This document shows, piece after piece, positions 35,376-45,284 of a stretch of DNA of 53,582 bases (position 1 is its first letter; each line of letters opens with the position of its first letter). The notes under the pieces are model-generated. The model saw only the letters and a program-made list of their open reading frames with translations. It was not told the origin of the DNA and did not search any database. Source of the stretch: a virus (lineage: Duplodnaviria > Caudoviricetes); IMG/VR virus record IMGVR_UViG_3300024351_000034, positions 1 through 53,582 of that record. The stretch is one strand, 5' to 3'. The translations under genes and the position numbers were made by a program.

Positions 35376-36292
35376 TACTTACCACCAGCGCTTATAACAG
35401 GAGGAATACTAAAAATACCATTTGGCGATTTATATGACGCATCCAATCTAGTCCATAATTGCATGCGGATTTGATCGTACCAATCACCCCAAAATGCACG
35501 GCCAACTATTGACGGATCGTCGTAATTTTTTAATGCAATTTTTCGTGCTGCATACGCTGGTAACGCTTGCATTAAAAGATCATCACTAATAAATGAGTAC
35601 GTTCCACCATAAACTGTAAACGTACCACCTGTACCTCCCGTTGGAGTTATGGCAGTACCTCCTACAGTGTTTGAAATTTGAAATTGTGAAGAACTGAGAG
35701 ATGTTGCTAACACATAATAAGTCGCGCCAGCGGTTATATTTGTGACAGTAGAGCTATCAAAAATTATTTCTTGGCCAGCAGTAAATGTATTTGCTCCGCT
35801 AATAGTCGCATTAGTCAACGTGACTGTTGCAGACACACTTGTCAGTGGACTAGGCAATCCTGCACCACGAACGGTAAATGCTGTATTAGTTGATGGAACC
35901 GGGTAGAAACCAATATTGTTATATCCAGCCTCATACCAATGAGTAGGTGTTCCAGACGTATATGTATACGCCAAATCATAAGAACGTAACTCATTTTCTC
36001 CGCAATGCAGAATTGCAGATGTGCCAATATGTAAAGTTATTGGCGCTACTAGTGTTGAATTACTAAAGTCATAGGTTCGCCCAGTGTGAGTAGACACAGT
36101 TAATGTTGTAGGTAAATAAACACATGTGCGACACATGTCGTAAGCTGCGTCATTAAGGTACTGAAAAATACCAGCACTATTTGTAGATGTTGTTCCACCG
36201 ACTCCGTCTGGTATTTCTGCTACAACAGTATCGGCTGTTTCATTTAATAATCTTATTACTTCATTTTTTAAAGCAGCAAAATTTTTAGCCAT
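35375..36292 (-). CDS. Head-tail adaptor / tail tubular protein A-like, with inserted beta domain
   Basis: FAALKNEVIRLLNE, YLNDAAYDMCR, GTPTHWY, IGFYPVP, ALPAYAA motifs. Confidence 0.72.
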   Translation of the reverse strand: MAKNFAALKNEVIRLLNETADTVVAEIPDGVGGTTSTNSAGIFQYLNDAAYDMCRTCVYLPTTLTVSTHTGRTYDFSNSTLVAPITLHIGTSAILHCGENELRSYDLAYTYTSGTPTHWYEAGYNNIGFYPVPSTNTAFTVRGAGLPSPLTSVSATVTLTNATISGANTFTAGQEIIFDSSTVTNITAGATYYVLATSLSSSQFQISNTVGGTAITPTGGTGGTFTVYGGTYSFISDDLLMQALPAYAARKIALKNYDDPSIVGRAFWGDWYDQIRMQLWTRLDASYKSPNGIFSIPPVISAGGK

Positions 36293-36939
36293 TACTTTGC
36301 CCTTCGTCCATACGCACTAGCAAAATTATCAACCATTGATAATCTATCTAAATATTCTGCTTTAAATATTTGATATGCGTTCATATCATTCATTTGCATT
36401 GCACGAGCTTGTAACACAGCATAAACAAGACAATCGTGAGCAACTTCTGGTAAAGGGCAATCTGTAGCGTCTGTGTTTGGCAGTGCGTTACCAGCGCTGT
36501 CGTACGCCCAATTATCTCCGGGCTGTGCATAACCCTCTAAAAGTAATCCATTATTGATAGTTGCATTAGTTGCTGGATAAACACTTATATTGTTCATTCC
36601 ACGCAACACAACTATTTCTGGACGTAAATCTGCTGGCTTGTTTCGCCATATATCAACATATTGATCCTGATAATCAAATACGCGAACTTTTTGATATTCA
36701 CTGTTAGTGTCTAAAATTTTTATAACTTTAATTCGGTAAATATCTGGAGCACAATAATCATTTACAGAAACGGTTAAGTCCAAGTAACGACGACCAACCA
36801 GACAGTCAGTTTGCCTAGCTATCTGGTTGGCCTGTTCAATAATTAAGTAATCTAGACCAAATGGATCACGATCTGCGTCAGTGCCAAAGTAATTTCTACC
36901 TAGCATCCTTACATTTCGTTTAATTTGGCCTAGATTCAT
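36292..36939 (-). CDS. Head-tail adaptor / ring protein
   Basis: MNLGQIKRNVR, NQIARQTDCL, ISVYPA, LPEVAHDCLVYAV; directly follows the capsid genes. Confidence 0.72.
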   Translation of the reverse strand: MNLGQIKRNVRMLGRNYFGTDADRDPFGLDYLIIEQANQIARQTDCLVGRRYLDLTVSVNDYCAPDIYRIKVIKILDTNSEYQKVRVFDYQDQYVDIWRNKPADLRPEIVVLRGMNNISVYPATNATINNGLLLEGYAQPGDNWAYDSAGNALPNTDATDCPLPEVAHDCLVYAVLQARAMQMNDMNAYQIFKAEYLDRLSMVDNFASAYGRRAK

Positions 36940-36941
36940 AA

Positions 36942-37487
36942 TTAGAGATTACCTTCGCGTCCGGTCTGCAAATGCATCTGAGTAATGTTTACAGCAGCTC
37001 CAGATCGGTTTGTTGTTGCTGTAATTACCATCTTTACAAACTTTGCGTAGGACTGCAATGGCACAATGACAATGCCAGCACCTGTTGCAGCAGCAGCTGT
37101 ATATACAGTAGATGCCAAAACAGTTGTAGTACTTGGCGTAAAGCCAGCAGTGTCCGATCCATGCAATGCAACTGTAAACGTATCAGCTGCCGTTACACCT
37201 GTGTGGTTTAAGCCAACACGTAAATATAACGGATTAAGAATCTGACCACGAACGTAATCTGCAGCTGTAACAGATCCATCCTGATTGTTATCCATCACTG
37301 CACCAGATACGCCGTTGGTTAATAAACCACCGTAGTTAAGGTCATTTGATGTAATTGCAGGAGAACCAGTTGTTGCTGCGGTCATAGTTGCAGCTACGGC
37401 ACCATTACTGGAAGCTGTAGCAACGGCCATTACACCAGCACCTGCTGTTTGAACTGGAACGGAAAATGTAAGTTTAGCGTCTCTCAT
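36942..37487 (-). CDS. Capsid cement/decoration protein (Bbp16-like)
   Basis: MRDAKLTFS start, PLYLRV, VALHGSDTAGF; jelly-roll-like composition; immediately after the MCP as in BPP-1. Confidence 0.7.
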   Translation of the reverse strand: MRDAKLTFSVPVQTAGAGVMAVATASSNGAVAATMTAATTGSPAITSNDLNYGGLLTNGVSGAVMDNNQDGSVTAADYVRGQILNPLYLRVGLNHTGVTAADTFTVALHGSDTAGFTPSTTTVLASTVYTAAAATGAGIVIVPLQSYAKFVKMVITATTNRSGAAVNITQMHLQTGREGNL

Positions 37488-37498
37488 TGTTTATCTCC

Positions 37499-38512
37499 TT
37501 AGTTGGTCGCAATTCGTAAGCGTCCAAGTGAACGAGTGTTTGGCATCCAGAGACCCATACCCCAGTCAAACAACACATTGTGCATGATGCCGTTTTCTTT
37601 TGATTTGCCTAAATATTCAGGCTTAAATGGGCCGGACTGCCAACCCTGCACATATCCTGTTCCATAACGTACAGCGTAAATATCTGCAAAGTTAGAAGGG
37701 GCGGAAATGACAGGAGTTGTACCATCAACTTTACGACCAACAGTACGGATTTTTGCTGACTTAAACATTTCAACCGATCGGTCAAATGCATCTCGGTTAG
37801 CATCAAAACCAGTACCGGATCCTAATGCGCGAATGACAAATTCAAAACGACGCTTCGTGTCTTCATTCATGTATAAAACAATGCCTGATCCGTCAGGAGA
37901 GTTTAAGTTATCAAACAATTCCTGTAATGCTGATAAAGCACCATTAGCCTCATAAGCATTAAATGAACCAGTATTGTCTAACGATGCAGACGTTGACGCA
38001 GGTGCAACTAAACAGTCGGATGGAATGTCGTACTGTGCGCGGTTTTCCAAACGATATTTTAATCCCGGAAAACAATCTGCACTGTTACCAGCCGACGATG
38101 AAGTTGGATCATTGTTAATGAATTTATCGTTAAAATCGTAAGCAAAACCTTCCATAAAAATCTTGATCTGTGCTTCTACAGGATCAATGATGTTATTTGG
38201 CTGGTCAAGCAAACGAGAGTCAACAGTAATCTTATTGCGAATAAGATACATCTGCTCTTCGTACGACTTTGGCTTTCCCTTAACAGCATTTGGTTCGCCG
38301 TTAATTGTGGACCACGTCGGTAGCGGAATAGTTCCTGCTTCGTTCGTGTACCGTACACCAACCTGTCGTAAAGACTGTGATGTATAGAATGGGATGTCCT
38401 TAATAGCATTCCACGTCTGGTGCAAAGACATGGTGATTTCTTTTACAAGAGGATCATTTGAAAGGACAGCTTGGTCTGCGAGTGTAAGTGCACCATTGAA
38501 ATCAATAGCCAT
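37499..38512 (-). CDS. Major capsid protein (HK97 fold, BPP-1-like)
   Basis: LTLAD...IKDIPF, LPTWSTIN, VDSRL, FPGLKYR, IYAVRYG, W.MGL..RSLGRL; strong-looking SD; follows the scaffold. Confidence 0.88.
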   Translation of the reverse strand: MAIDFNGALTLADQAVLSNDPLVKEITMSLHQTWNAIKDIPFYTSQSLRQVGVRYTNEAGTIPLPTWSTINGEPNAVKGKPKSYEEQMYLIRNKITVDSRLLDQPNNIIDPVEAQIKIFMEGFAYDFNDKFINNDPTSSSAGNSADCFPGLKYRLENRAQYDIPSDCLVAPASTSASLDNTGSFNAYEANGALSALQELFDNLNSPDGSGIVLYMNEDTKRRFEFVIRALGSGTGFDANRDAFDRSVEMFKSAKIRTVGRKVDGTTPVISAPSNFADIYAVRYGTGYVQGWQSGPFKPEYLGKSKENGIMHNVLFDWGMGLWMPNTRSLGRLRIATN

Positions 38513-38521
38513 TTTCTACTC

Positions 38522-39379
38522 CTACCGAATACCTAATAATCGTGAGATTCCGGATAAACGGTTTTGCGAATTTGTTTGTTGTGGTGGAACCATTGCATTA
38601 GCAGAGTCTCCACTTCCGATTGGCGTAGGTGCTGCTTGTTGATTATTAACCATGTCCACTAATTGTGGAACCAATGATTCAACAAGTCCTGTCACCTGTC
38701 GGTGTACGGCAGCTGCTGCATCCATCGGATTCATGCCCTGCTGAATAAGACTATCCATTACATCTTGAGCACGACTTGCGTAGGGAAATTGCTGCAATGC
38801 CTGTTCACGCTGTTGGGCCACCATATAAGAGTTCATCTGACCCACAACTTGGTCATAACGTAACTTCTGTATTTCGGCCTCGGCTTGTACGCGAGCTAAC
38901 TCAGGATCCATGTAGTTCGTGTGAACTTCATTTTCCCAGCGCTCGCGTATTTGAGATTCTTGATTTTGCCTCTGCTGTTCTTCATATGCTTTTTGCACTT
39001 CAGCAGCAGATTTAAAACCACTATCTTCAAATTGCCGAATAACATCAGCCCACTTTGAGTACGCTTCCTGCGCAGCTCTGAGCTGTTTTGCTTCATCATT
39101 AACTTCTTTGAAGCGCTCATATGGCACATTTCCCGGTTGTTTTTCCGGTAATGCACTATCTAATAGATGTTTCTTAACCCGTTCTTGTATAGAACTCTGA
39201 TCAAAGACACTATCTGTTTGCGGTTGATTGCTGTTGTCATTGGTGGAATCATTTAACGCCTGACTTCCACTTTCGTTAGGACTGGCGGATTCTCTAACGA
39301 AATCAACTAACGCTCCACCTACATTGCCCGTTGCCGCTGCTGGCGAATCAGCGGTTCGTGTCACCATCTCTTCGGACAT
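38522..39379 (-). CDS. Capsid scaffolding protein
   Basis: Acidic disordered N-terminus, VPYERFKEVND motif, coiled coil; between portal and MCP. Confidence 0.82.
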   Translation of the reverse strand: MSEEMVTRTADSPAAATGNVGGALVDFVRESASPNESGSQALNDSTNDNSNQPQTDSVFDQSSIQERVKKHLLDSALPEKQPGNVPYERFKEVNDEAKQLRAAQEAYSKWADVIRQFEDSGFKSAAEVQKAYEEQQRQNQESQIRERWENEVHTNYMDPELARVQAEAEIQKLRYDQVVGQMNSYMVAQQREQALQQFPYASRAQDVMDSLIQQGMNPMDAAAAVHRQVTGLVESLVPQLVDMVNNQQAAPTPIGSGDSANAMVPPQQTNSQNRLSGISRLLGIR

Positions 39380-39400
39380 TTATACTATACCTTTACTTTT

Positions 39401-41689
39401 TTAAAACATGCCACCCATTGGTGACGATTGCTGCGCACCCGATTGTGGCAACATCTGTTGCGGTGACGGTTGAGCTGACGGTTGTTGTGGCTGGCCACCC
39501 ATCATATCCATTGGTTCCTCTGGTTCCATCATTTGTGATTTACCAAGTTCCGTCATCGCATATTCTTCATTTTGCTGTGCTTCAATACCAGCCTTTGCTG
39601 CAGCTAATGAAATATCTGCCTCTAATTTAGCCTGAATAATTGCTTGCTGTTTTTGAACTTCAAGTTGCATTTTGGCTTGTTCGACTTCTGGGTTGAACTG
39701 CTCTTGCTTTGACTGCGCTTCCATCATTGCTTGCTGTTGCATTAATTGCATCTGCTGTTGTTGCTGCATAGCCATTTTTTGCGCTTGTTGATCAAGGTGC
39801 TGATAAATGCGAGATGCGTGAGGTAGGTTAGCAAGTTCTATAAATAATCTATTTGTATCTGGATCCATTGGGTCACCAAACACACCCATCTGTCGCATCG
39901 CAGCTAATTTTTGCAATTTTTGATCTGGGCTATCATCCATAGATGATCCGGGTATATACACAATTCGATATTGTCCACCAGAACGTAACGCGTCAAATCG
40001 CATGACACCCTGTTGAATTTGATCTTGCGGTAACATCTTGCCTTGCACGTTACCGATGAATGGAACAATAGCAAACTGCTCTATTAACGACACTTCCCAT
40101 TCTTTAATTTTTGCAGCACTAATCTCAATGTCGGCTCGTATAAACGAATGTTGTGTGTTATCCGAACGTTGTAATAACCTTACAGATTCAGCAGGAGTGC
40201 CAGCACTTGCTTGCCCTTGACTTACGTCATGCAATCCAGCGACATCCATCATGTCTTTTTCAAGCATCTGTAAGAGTGGGAATAAATCGGACCCTATACC
40301 CGGAGCACGTTGAATTGCTGGAGGATGTGCTCCTCGCTTGTAATTAATTCTCCTGTAAATCCTGTTCTTGTCGTCAACTGAATCACTAGTGTTGTCGTAC
40401 GCATCCGCGCCTACACCACTTAAATTTTCAACAAGAATGTAGTCTTTTTGATTTTCAAACTGTTCAACCAACCTAGAATATATACGATTGTAAGTTAGTT
40501 GCAACGAACATAAATCAAATCCAAGACTATAACCATAAGGTGTACCAGATCTAGGTTGCCAACGTAATGGAATAAATGGAAACGAATCCTTCTTCTTGTA
40601 TGGCCATGGACCTGCATATAACAAGCAACTATTGGTACTTACAATGTACCTACCACTTGGATACAAAGCTGTTGGTTTTTCCCAATATTCATAAACAATA
40701 GCAGCTTGCTTCTTGGTGTCAGTATTACCTAAGTGACTAGGTGATGGTGGAACCCAGCCTCGACCATTACCATTTGTGCCGTCCAAATACGTATTAATGT
40801 AACCAGCATTAGCCCCTGTTTGACCATCTGGTTTTACTAATTTACCTTCTTCACCATACTTATCTACAAACCAAGACAGTGGTTTAACAGATGCGTGAAT
40901 CATCCATCTTAGATCCGCATCACGCTTAGCGGTTGGATCAAAATAAACATCAAATGCTGGAAGGATTTGTTCTACAACATCTCCCACGCGCATGCATGTA
41001 TGACCAATAACTTCTGATCCTGTTGCATCCATCTGCGGGACAACTTGTTCCTGACTTGCATCCCAGAAAATTTTTAAAAAAGAAGTACCGCAAACACAAG
41101 CCCACCGAACGCGTTCCTTAGTTTGCGTTTCCCTATCAAACTTGCGATTGTAGTGATTGACAATAAAGTTGGCTTCATCAGATGCCATGAGGTCAACTGG
41201 ATTTGGACTAATAGGGACAGCACTTGCATCCGGACTGCATTGCGTTAATTTTCCAACAACACCATCAATCAAAGGACGCATTTTATTAACAGTCATATAC
41301 CTATTAGGCTCATGCTCATTTTGTAAACTTTCTAAGTTACGAGCATTACTGTTAATCCGAAACCACTGTCGTCCCTCGAAAAAAGCTGTAGCCATGACCC
41401 ATTCAAGTTCAAGTTCCTGCCTTGATCGATAAGCTAAATCGAATTGTTGTTTAATAAATGTCGTTATGCGTTTTGCTTCATCAGGCTGTTCTTTTGGTAT
41501 AACGCGCCAGTCTTTAGGTGCAAGATCTAATTTTAAATTTTCTGGATTGTCTTTTGTTGGATTTTTTAATTCAAAACTTCCGGGCATGCCAACTGCTGGC
41601 TTTTGTTCGTAAGCAGATACTTTTGGCTGCTGCTTCATTAACGTTTTTGATAATGCGCCACGCATGAGATTACTTATATCTACTGACAT
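39401..41689 (-). CDS. Portal protein (P22-like, long Q/M-rich C-terminal helix)
   Basis: AFFEGRQW, NKMRPLID..VGKL, GT.FLKIFWD, FPFIP, MMDVAGLHDVSQG. Start set at MSVD (41689) behind AAAGGTGG. Confidence 0.9.
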   Translation of the reverse strand: MSVDISNLMRGALSKTLMKQQPKVSAYEQKPAVGMPGSFELKNPTKDNPENLKLDLAPKDWRVIPKEQPDEAKRITTFIKQQFDLAYRSRQELELEWVMATAFFEGRQWFRINSNARNLESLQNEHEPNRYMTVNKMRPLIDGVVGKLTQCSPDASAVPISPNPVDLMASDEANFIVNHYNRKFDRETQTKERVRWACVCGTSFLKIFWDASQEQVVPQMDATGSEVIGHTCMRVGDVVEQILPAFDVYFDPTAKRDADLRWMIHASVKPLSWFVDKYGEEGKLVKPDGQTGANAGYINTYLDGTNGNGRGWVPPSPSHLGNTDTKKQAAIVYEYWEKPTALYPSGRYIVSTNSCLLYAGPWPYKKKDSFPFIPLRWQPRSGTPYGYSLGFDLCSLQLTYNRIYSRLVEQFENQKDYILVENLSGVGADAYDNTSDSVDDKNRIYRRINYKRGAHPPAIQRAPGIGSDLFPLLQMLEKDMMDVAGLHDVSQGQASAGTPAESVRLLQRSDNTQHSFIRADIEISAAKIKEWEVSLIEQFAIVPFIGNVQGKMLPQDQIQQGVMRFDALRSGGQYRIVYIPGSSMDDSPDQKLQKLAAMRQMGVFGDPMDPDTNRLFIELANLPHASRIYQHLDQQAQKMAMQQQQQMQLMQQQAMMEAQSKQEQFNPEVEQAKMQLEVQKQQAIIQAKLEADISLAAAKAGIEAQQNEEYAMTELGKSQMMEPEEPMDMMGGQPQQPSAQPSPQQMLPQSGAQQSSPMGGMF

Positions 41690-41691
41690 AA

Positions 41692-41844
41692 TTAAATCCA
41701 CCTTTCATTTGACACAAGTTTTTGTATCAAAAGCCGTTCTTCTCTGATTAATCGCAAGTTATTTACTATCCCGTATAGAAATAATGTTTGCGCAATTACA
41801 CACAACGTAATTAGTACACCACAGATAGTCAGCAAAATACTCAT
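41692..41844 (-). CDS. Unlisted 50-aa single-TM protein between terL and portal
   Basis: Manual translation MSILLTICGVLITLCVIAQTLFLYGIVNNLRLIREERLLIQKLVSNERWI*. ATGA overlap with the terL stop; ends 2 nt before the portal ATG. Confidence 0.75.
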   Translation of the reverse strand: MSILLTICGVLITLCVIAQTLFLYGIVNNLRLIREERLLIQKLVSNERWI

Positions 41845-43586
41845 AACCAATTGTTATTATCCTTCTTCTTCAACCATGTTGGTATATATTTTTCGGCAGA
41901 TGGCATCTTATCCTCCAATTCGGGACACTTAACCGGATATTCGCGCCACATAACACCATATCTAAAACTATCAATAGCGTGGTCATTTTTAGTTCCGCTA
42001 TCAATGTCTTCAGGATCGCGTGGATGTGACATTGTGTTTGCTAACTGTTTGATCAGGTTTGGGCATGCACCACGAACAATCTGTAATTTTGGTTTAGGAA
42101 CCCCGTTTACAATGTCTGTTGCACTTATCCATTCTTTAACTCTTCGCCAACCAGCTTTTCTATCTTTCACGGCGCGTACAGCTGGCAATCCTCGTTTCCA
42201 CCAAACCTCAACTGGATACTCACCAATACGTTCTTCAGCCTTCATCGGTGGAAATGTATTTGCCCAGTCAAATGCAACAGCTTCTAATTTTGTGTTCCAC
42301 AAGCCGTCACGTACTTTTGTGTTTACTGGTGAAGCCAATTGTCGCTGTTCAAGCATTTCTAAACACTTCTCAGCTTGCTTACTACTGACTAATCCAGCCT
42401 CATACATCTCTCCAATAACGTATATATTTTCCCTATCGTCACTTGCATACAGTAGAAAACAAGCTGGTGCCCCTGTACCAAAGTCATGACTAGCCCACAT
42501 GCGCCACCACGGTTGCACGTCTACATGGTCAACAACATGCCAAGGCTTTCCGTCGGAGTTATATTCTCTAAAATCAGGAAAGAATAATCCACCTACACCA
42601 ACCTCGTGTTGGCATTCTCGCAAAAATGATAAGAGACCATATGTGTCAATTTCATGTTGGCATACTTCTAGTGTTTTATGTTGCCATGTTGGTGTGCCAC
42701 CAGTAATCCTGTATCCCATGCGTCCGTCGTCACGTTCATACGTTGTATATTCCAGATCTTGTATAGCTGGAACAATTGGAGATTGAATACGGTCTTGTAA
42801 CATATCCAAATCACCACTTAGTACTTGTGACATCACCGAGTTAGCATGAATTCTGTTTTGCACAAAAACAACAGCACAGTCTGTACTTTTGGCTGGCAAA
42901 ATAGTTTGTGTGATTGTGCGTATTTTTTTATCTACACCGTTAACAGAATCATCCAGTTCATCAATGTCGTCAAGAATAATCATGTCAGGGCGCAAATGAT
43001 CTAATTTAACACCACGAGCACCAGTGTCCAATCCAAATGCTAACACATTAAAACCATTAGCCGTGCGCAATTTTGACGCGCTCCAGCCTTTTGAGAAACC
43101 ATATTTGTTAACGGCTCGCTCTATACCGCAACGCTCCATAGCGGTAGCAATATCTTGCACGTGTCTATCGGCCATGTCTTGTGTAGCGCACACATAAACA
43201 GCAAAACGACGCGTAGCTTTTACTGCAAGACGGCTAACAATAAGTTCCATTGTTGTCGATTTACCGCCACCACGAAACCAACATTCAATTAATGCTGGTC
43301 CAAATTTACCCGGCGCAATATCTTCCGCCCATTGCCATGCACGATGATGGTGTTCTGCCAATGTGGATGACGCAGCATGTGGAGCATACACACGCAACCA
43401 GTCCTCATAATGCATTTCATGTCCGGGAAGTGCTGTTGCTAAACCGCTGTCAAAATCGCCTAATTCAATAGCTTGATCTATTTCGGACTGCAATGCCTCC
43501 AGTAATGCAACAGTTAATGGCTTAGTAGGTTTGACAAATTTTCTAAATGCTCTCGGTGTTGACCGTGTCGATATTTGATTCTTCAT
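41841..43586 (-). CDS. terL: Terminase large subunit
   Basis: Walker A FRGGGKSTT, Walker B IILDDID, nuclease SHDFG and DHAIDSFRY. Confidence 0.95.
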   Translation of the reverse strand: MKNQISTRSTPRAFRKFVKPTKPLTVALLEALQSEIDQAIELGDFDSGLATALPGHEMHYEDWLRVYAPHAASSTLAEHHHRAWQWAEDIAPGKFGPALIECWFRGGGKSTTMELIVSRLAVKATRRFAVYVCATQDMADRHVQDIATAMERCGIERAVNKYGFSKGWSASKLRTANGFNVLAFGLDTGARGVKLDHLRPDMIILDDIDELDDSVNGVDKKIRTITQTILPAKSTDCAVVFVQNRIHANSVMSQVLSGDLDMLQDRIQSPIVPAIQDLEYTTYERDDGRMGYRITGGTPTWQHKTLEVCQHEIDTYGLLSFLRECQHEVGVGGLFFPDFREYNSDGKPWHVVDHVDVQPWWRMWASHDFGTGAPACFLLYASDDRENIYVIGEMYEAGLVSSKQAEKCLEMLEQRQLASPVNTKVRDGLWNTKLEAVAFDWANTFPPMKAEERIGEYPVEVWWKRGLPAVRAVKDRKAGWRRVKEWISATDIVNGVPKPKLQIVRGACPNLIKQLANTMSHPRDPEDIDSGTKNDHAIDSFRYGVMWREYPVKCPELEDKMPSAEKYIPTWLKKKDNNNWL

Positions 43587-44301
43587 TTATTATTTCTGCA
43601 TCCTGTATGTCGTCATCTTGCTGATATTGTCGTAGCAACTTTCCAAAACCCAACTTAATAGCTTGTAATTGCCCTGCGTCATGCACAGTATCCTTAACTA
43701 TCTTTAAGATTTGCATTGCCAAACTATAAGCTTGATCTACCTCTAACGTATATGCCTTTGTATGCAACATACGTGCTTCGGCTTCTACTATGTCGGTTCG
43801 TTTGTCAATTAACGCAACAACATCTTGACTTGCACGATATGTGTCAATACCTTCATCGACCATTTTTCCGAGTGTTTTAAATGCTTTGCCAAATTCATCA
43901 GTGCCTACTGTTGCTTTACATACATTCATTTGGTCTTTGATTGCTTCGTAATGTTCGACAGATATTCCGTGACTTGCTGCTTCTGCACGTTGATCCATCA
44001 ACGCTGTTAAATACGCAGCGTCGTCTTTTAAGCTAAATAGATCTGGATCTTCTCTTAATTCATCAATTCGTTGCAACAATTTTGGTGCAACTGATGCAAA
44101 TCTACGTCGTTGTTTTGACCATAATCCAGTTTTAAATGCTGGAGAATCAACACCTTCCAACGATTTACCACCATGATGTTTACAATAATCACGTCCTTTT
44201 ACAACCGTAACGCCACAACGTTTACCACTAGCATTTTTACCCTGACACAATTTTACTATTGCACCATTAGGTAATTTTCGTACATGTTCATCTGTCATCA
44301 T
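43543..44301 (-). CDS. Putative terminase small subunit with HGGxSTG-type Zn motif
   Basis: CQGKNASGKRC...CKHHGGKS...FKTGLWSK; overlaps the terL start. Confidence 0.75.
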   Translation of the reverse strand: MMTDEHVRKLPNGAIVKLCQGKNASGKRCGVTVVKGRDYCKHHGGKSLEGVDSPAFKTGLWSKQRRRFASVAPKLLQRIDELREDPDLFSLKDDAAYLTALMDQRAEAASHGISVEHYEAIKDQMNVCKATVGTDEFGKAFKTLGKMVDEGIDTYRASQDVVALIDKRTDIVEAEARMLHTKAYTLEVDQAYSLAMQILKIVKDTVHDAGQLQAIKLGFGKLLRQYQQDDDIQDAEIINEESNIDTVNTESI

Positions 44302-45284
44302 TTTAAAGGAGTTGCCTTACCACCTGTTCCACGTCCTTTACTGCCAGCTAATGGGTCAGCCTGATATTCTGTTTTTGGCATCATTGCGTTCGTGTATACC
44401 ATACGAGCATATTGCTCTGGATCTGTAACAGCACTCATCATATTATTTGAAAAAGGCAAAATGGTTTTATTGCCAAAAGTGACAGTTTTTGACACTGCAT
44501 TTAATATATCTGCTTTTGTTTTTTGATCTTTTGATTTACTTGTTGGATGATAAACATATTTGTCATCTGGTACAGGTGTGTTTTTATCACGCAGTCTCAT
44601 TAATTGATACAACACTTCATCTTCAGTTAACGTATCATCTATTCTATCTGTTTGTGTTTTTAAACCTTTTACAAAAGGTGTACGTGCAATATTATGTTGT
44701 GCACCCATTTCCATTAATTGTGGTATTGAAGGTAGTCCAAGAAATGTTGGTGGTAATATTTTTCCTGCTTGATACATTATTTCTGCTAGACTGACATTTC
44801 CAAGTGCTTCATACGGCTTTGTGTAATACTTACCAACTAATGACGAAATTACAGGATTTAAATTATCGGTAATTGCGTTGACGCCACCCGACATCTTTCC
44901 GCCTTTAGATCCCCTTGCAATTAAATAATCTTTTAATGCATTAGTTCCTAATAATGCAGTGGCATGCCCCAAAGCTATTGCTCGGTCTTTTTCATCTACA
45001 TCTTTATCCATTAATCTAAGCAATGGAATTATTTGATCAATATATAGAGGCGCTTCACCAACAACACGTCCGGCACCTCTAACGCCAGCATGTTTACTTC
45101 GCCCCATTGTCTCTTGAACTGCCGGATTAACTACGTATGCCGCTGGCGAATTACCAAAAGCTTTTGCACCTTCTACAAGCGAGGTAACAGGGTCGCGTTG
45201 AATACGTTCGTAAGCACGTGCCCTGCGTGTACCTGCAGTCATTTGCTGTTGTATTTCTTGAGGCGTTAATTTTCTATCTGGCAT
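44298..45284 (-). CDS. Hypothetical protein (328 aa), possible internal virion protein
   Basis: Coupled ORF in the late operon; amphipathic helices; no recognised domain. Confidence 0.7.
   Translation of the reverse strand: MPDRKLTPQEIQQQMTAGTRRARAYERIQRDPVTSLVEGAKAFGNSPAAYVVNPAVQETMGRSKHAGVRGAGRVVGEAPLYIDQIIPLLRLMDKDVDEKDRAIALGHATALLGTNALKDYLIARGSKGGKMSGGVNAITDNLNPVISSLVGKYYTKPYEALGNVSLAEIMYQAGKILPPTFLGLPSIPQLMEMGAQHNIARTPFVKGLKTQTDRIDDTLTEDEVLYQLMRLRDKNTPVPDDKYVYHPTSKSKDQKTKADILNAVSKTVTFGNKTILPFSNNMMSAVTDPEQYARMVYTNAMMPKTEYQADPLAGSKGRGTGGKATPLK

Noticed and set aside
27124-38512. Diversity-generating retroelement, suggested by the BPP-1-like head genes
   Set aside because: No reverse transcriptase and no adenine-specific TR/VR pair seen. 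The 87-aa duplication is too diverged and lies within one gene.
41851-42489. 212-aa + strand ORF
   Set aside because: It is antisense to the conserved TerL nuclease domain and has no independent support.
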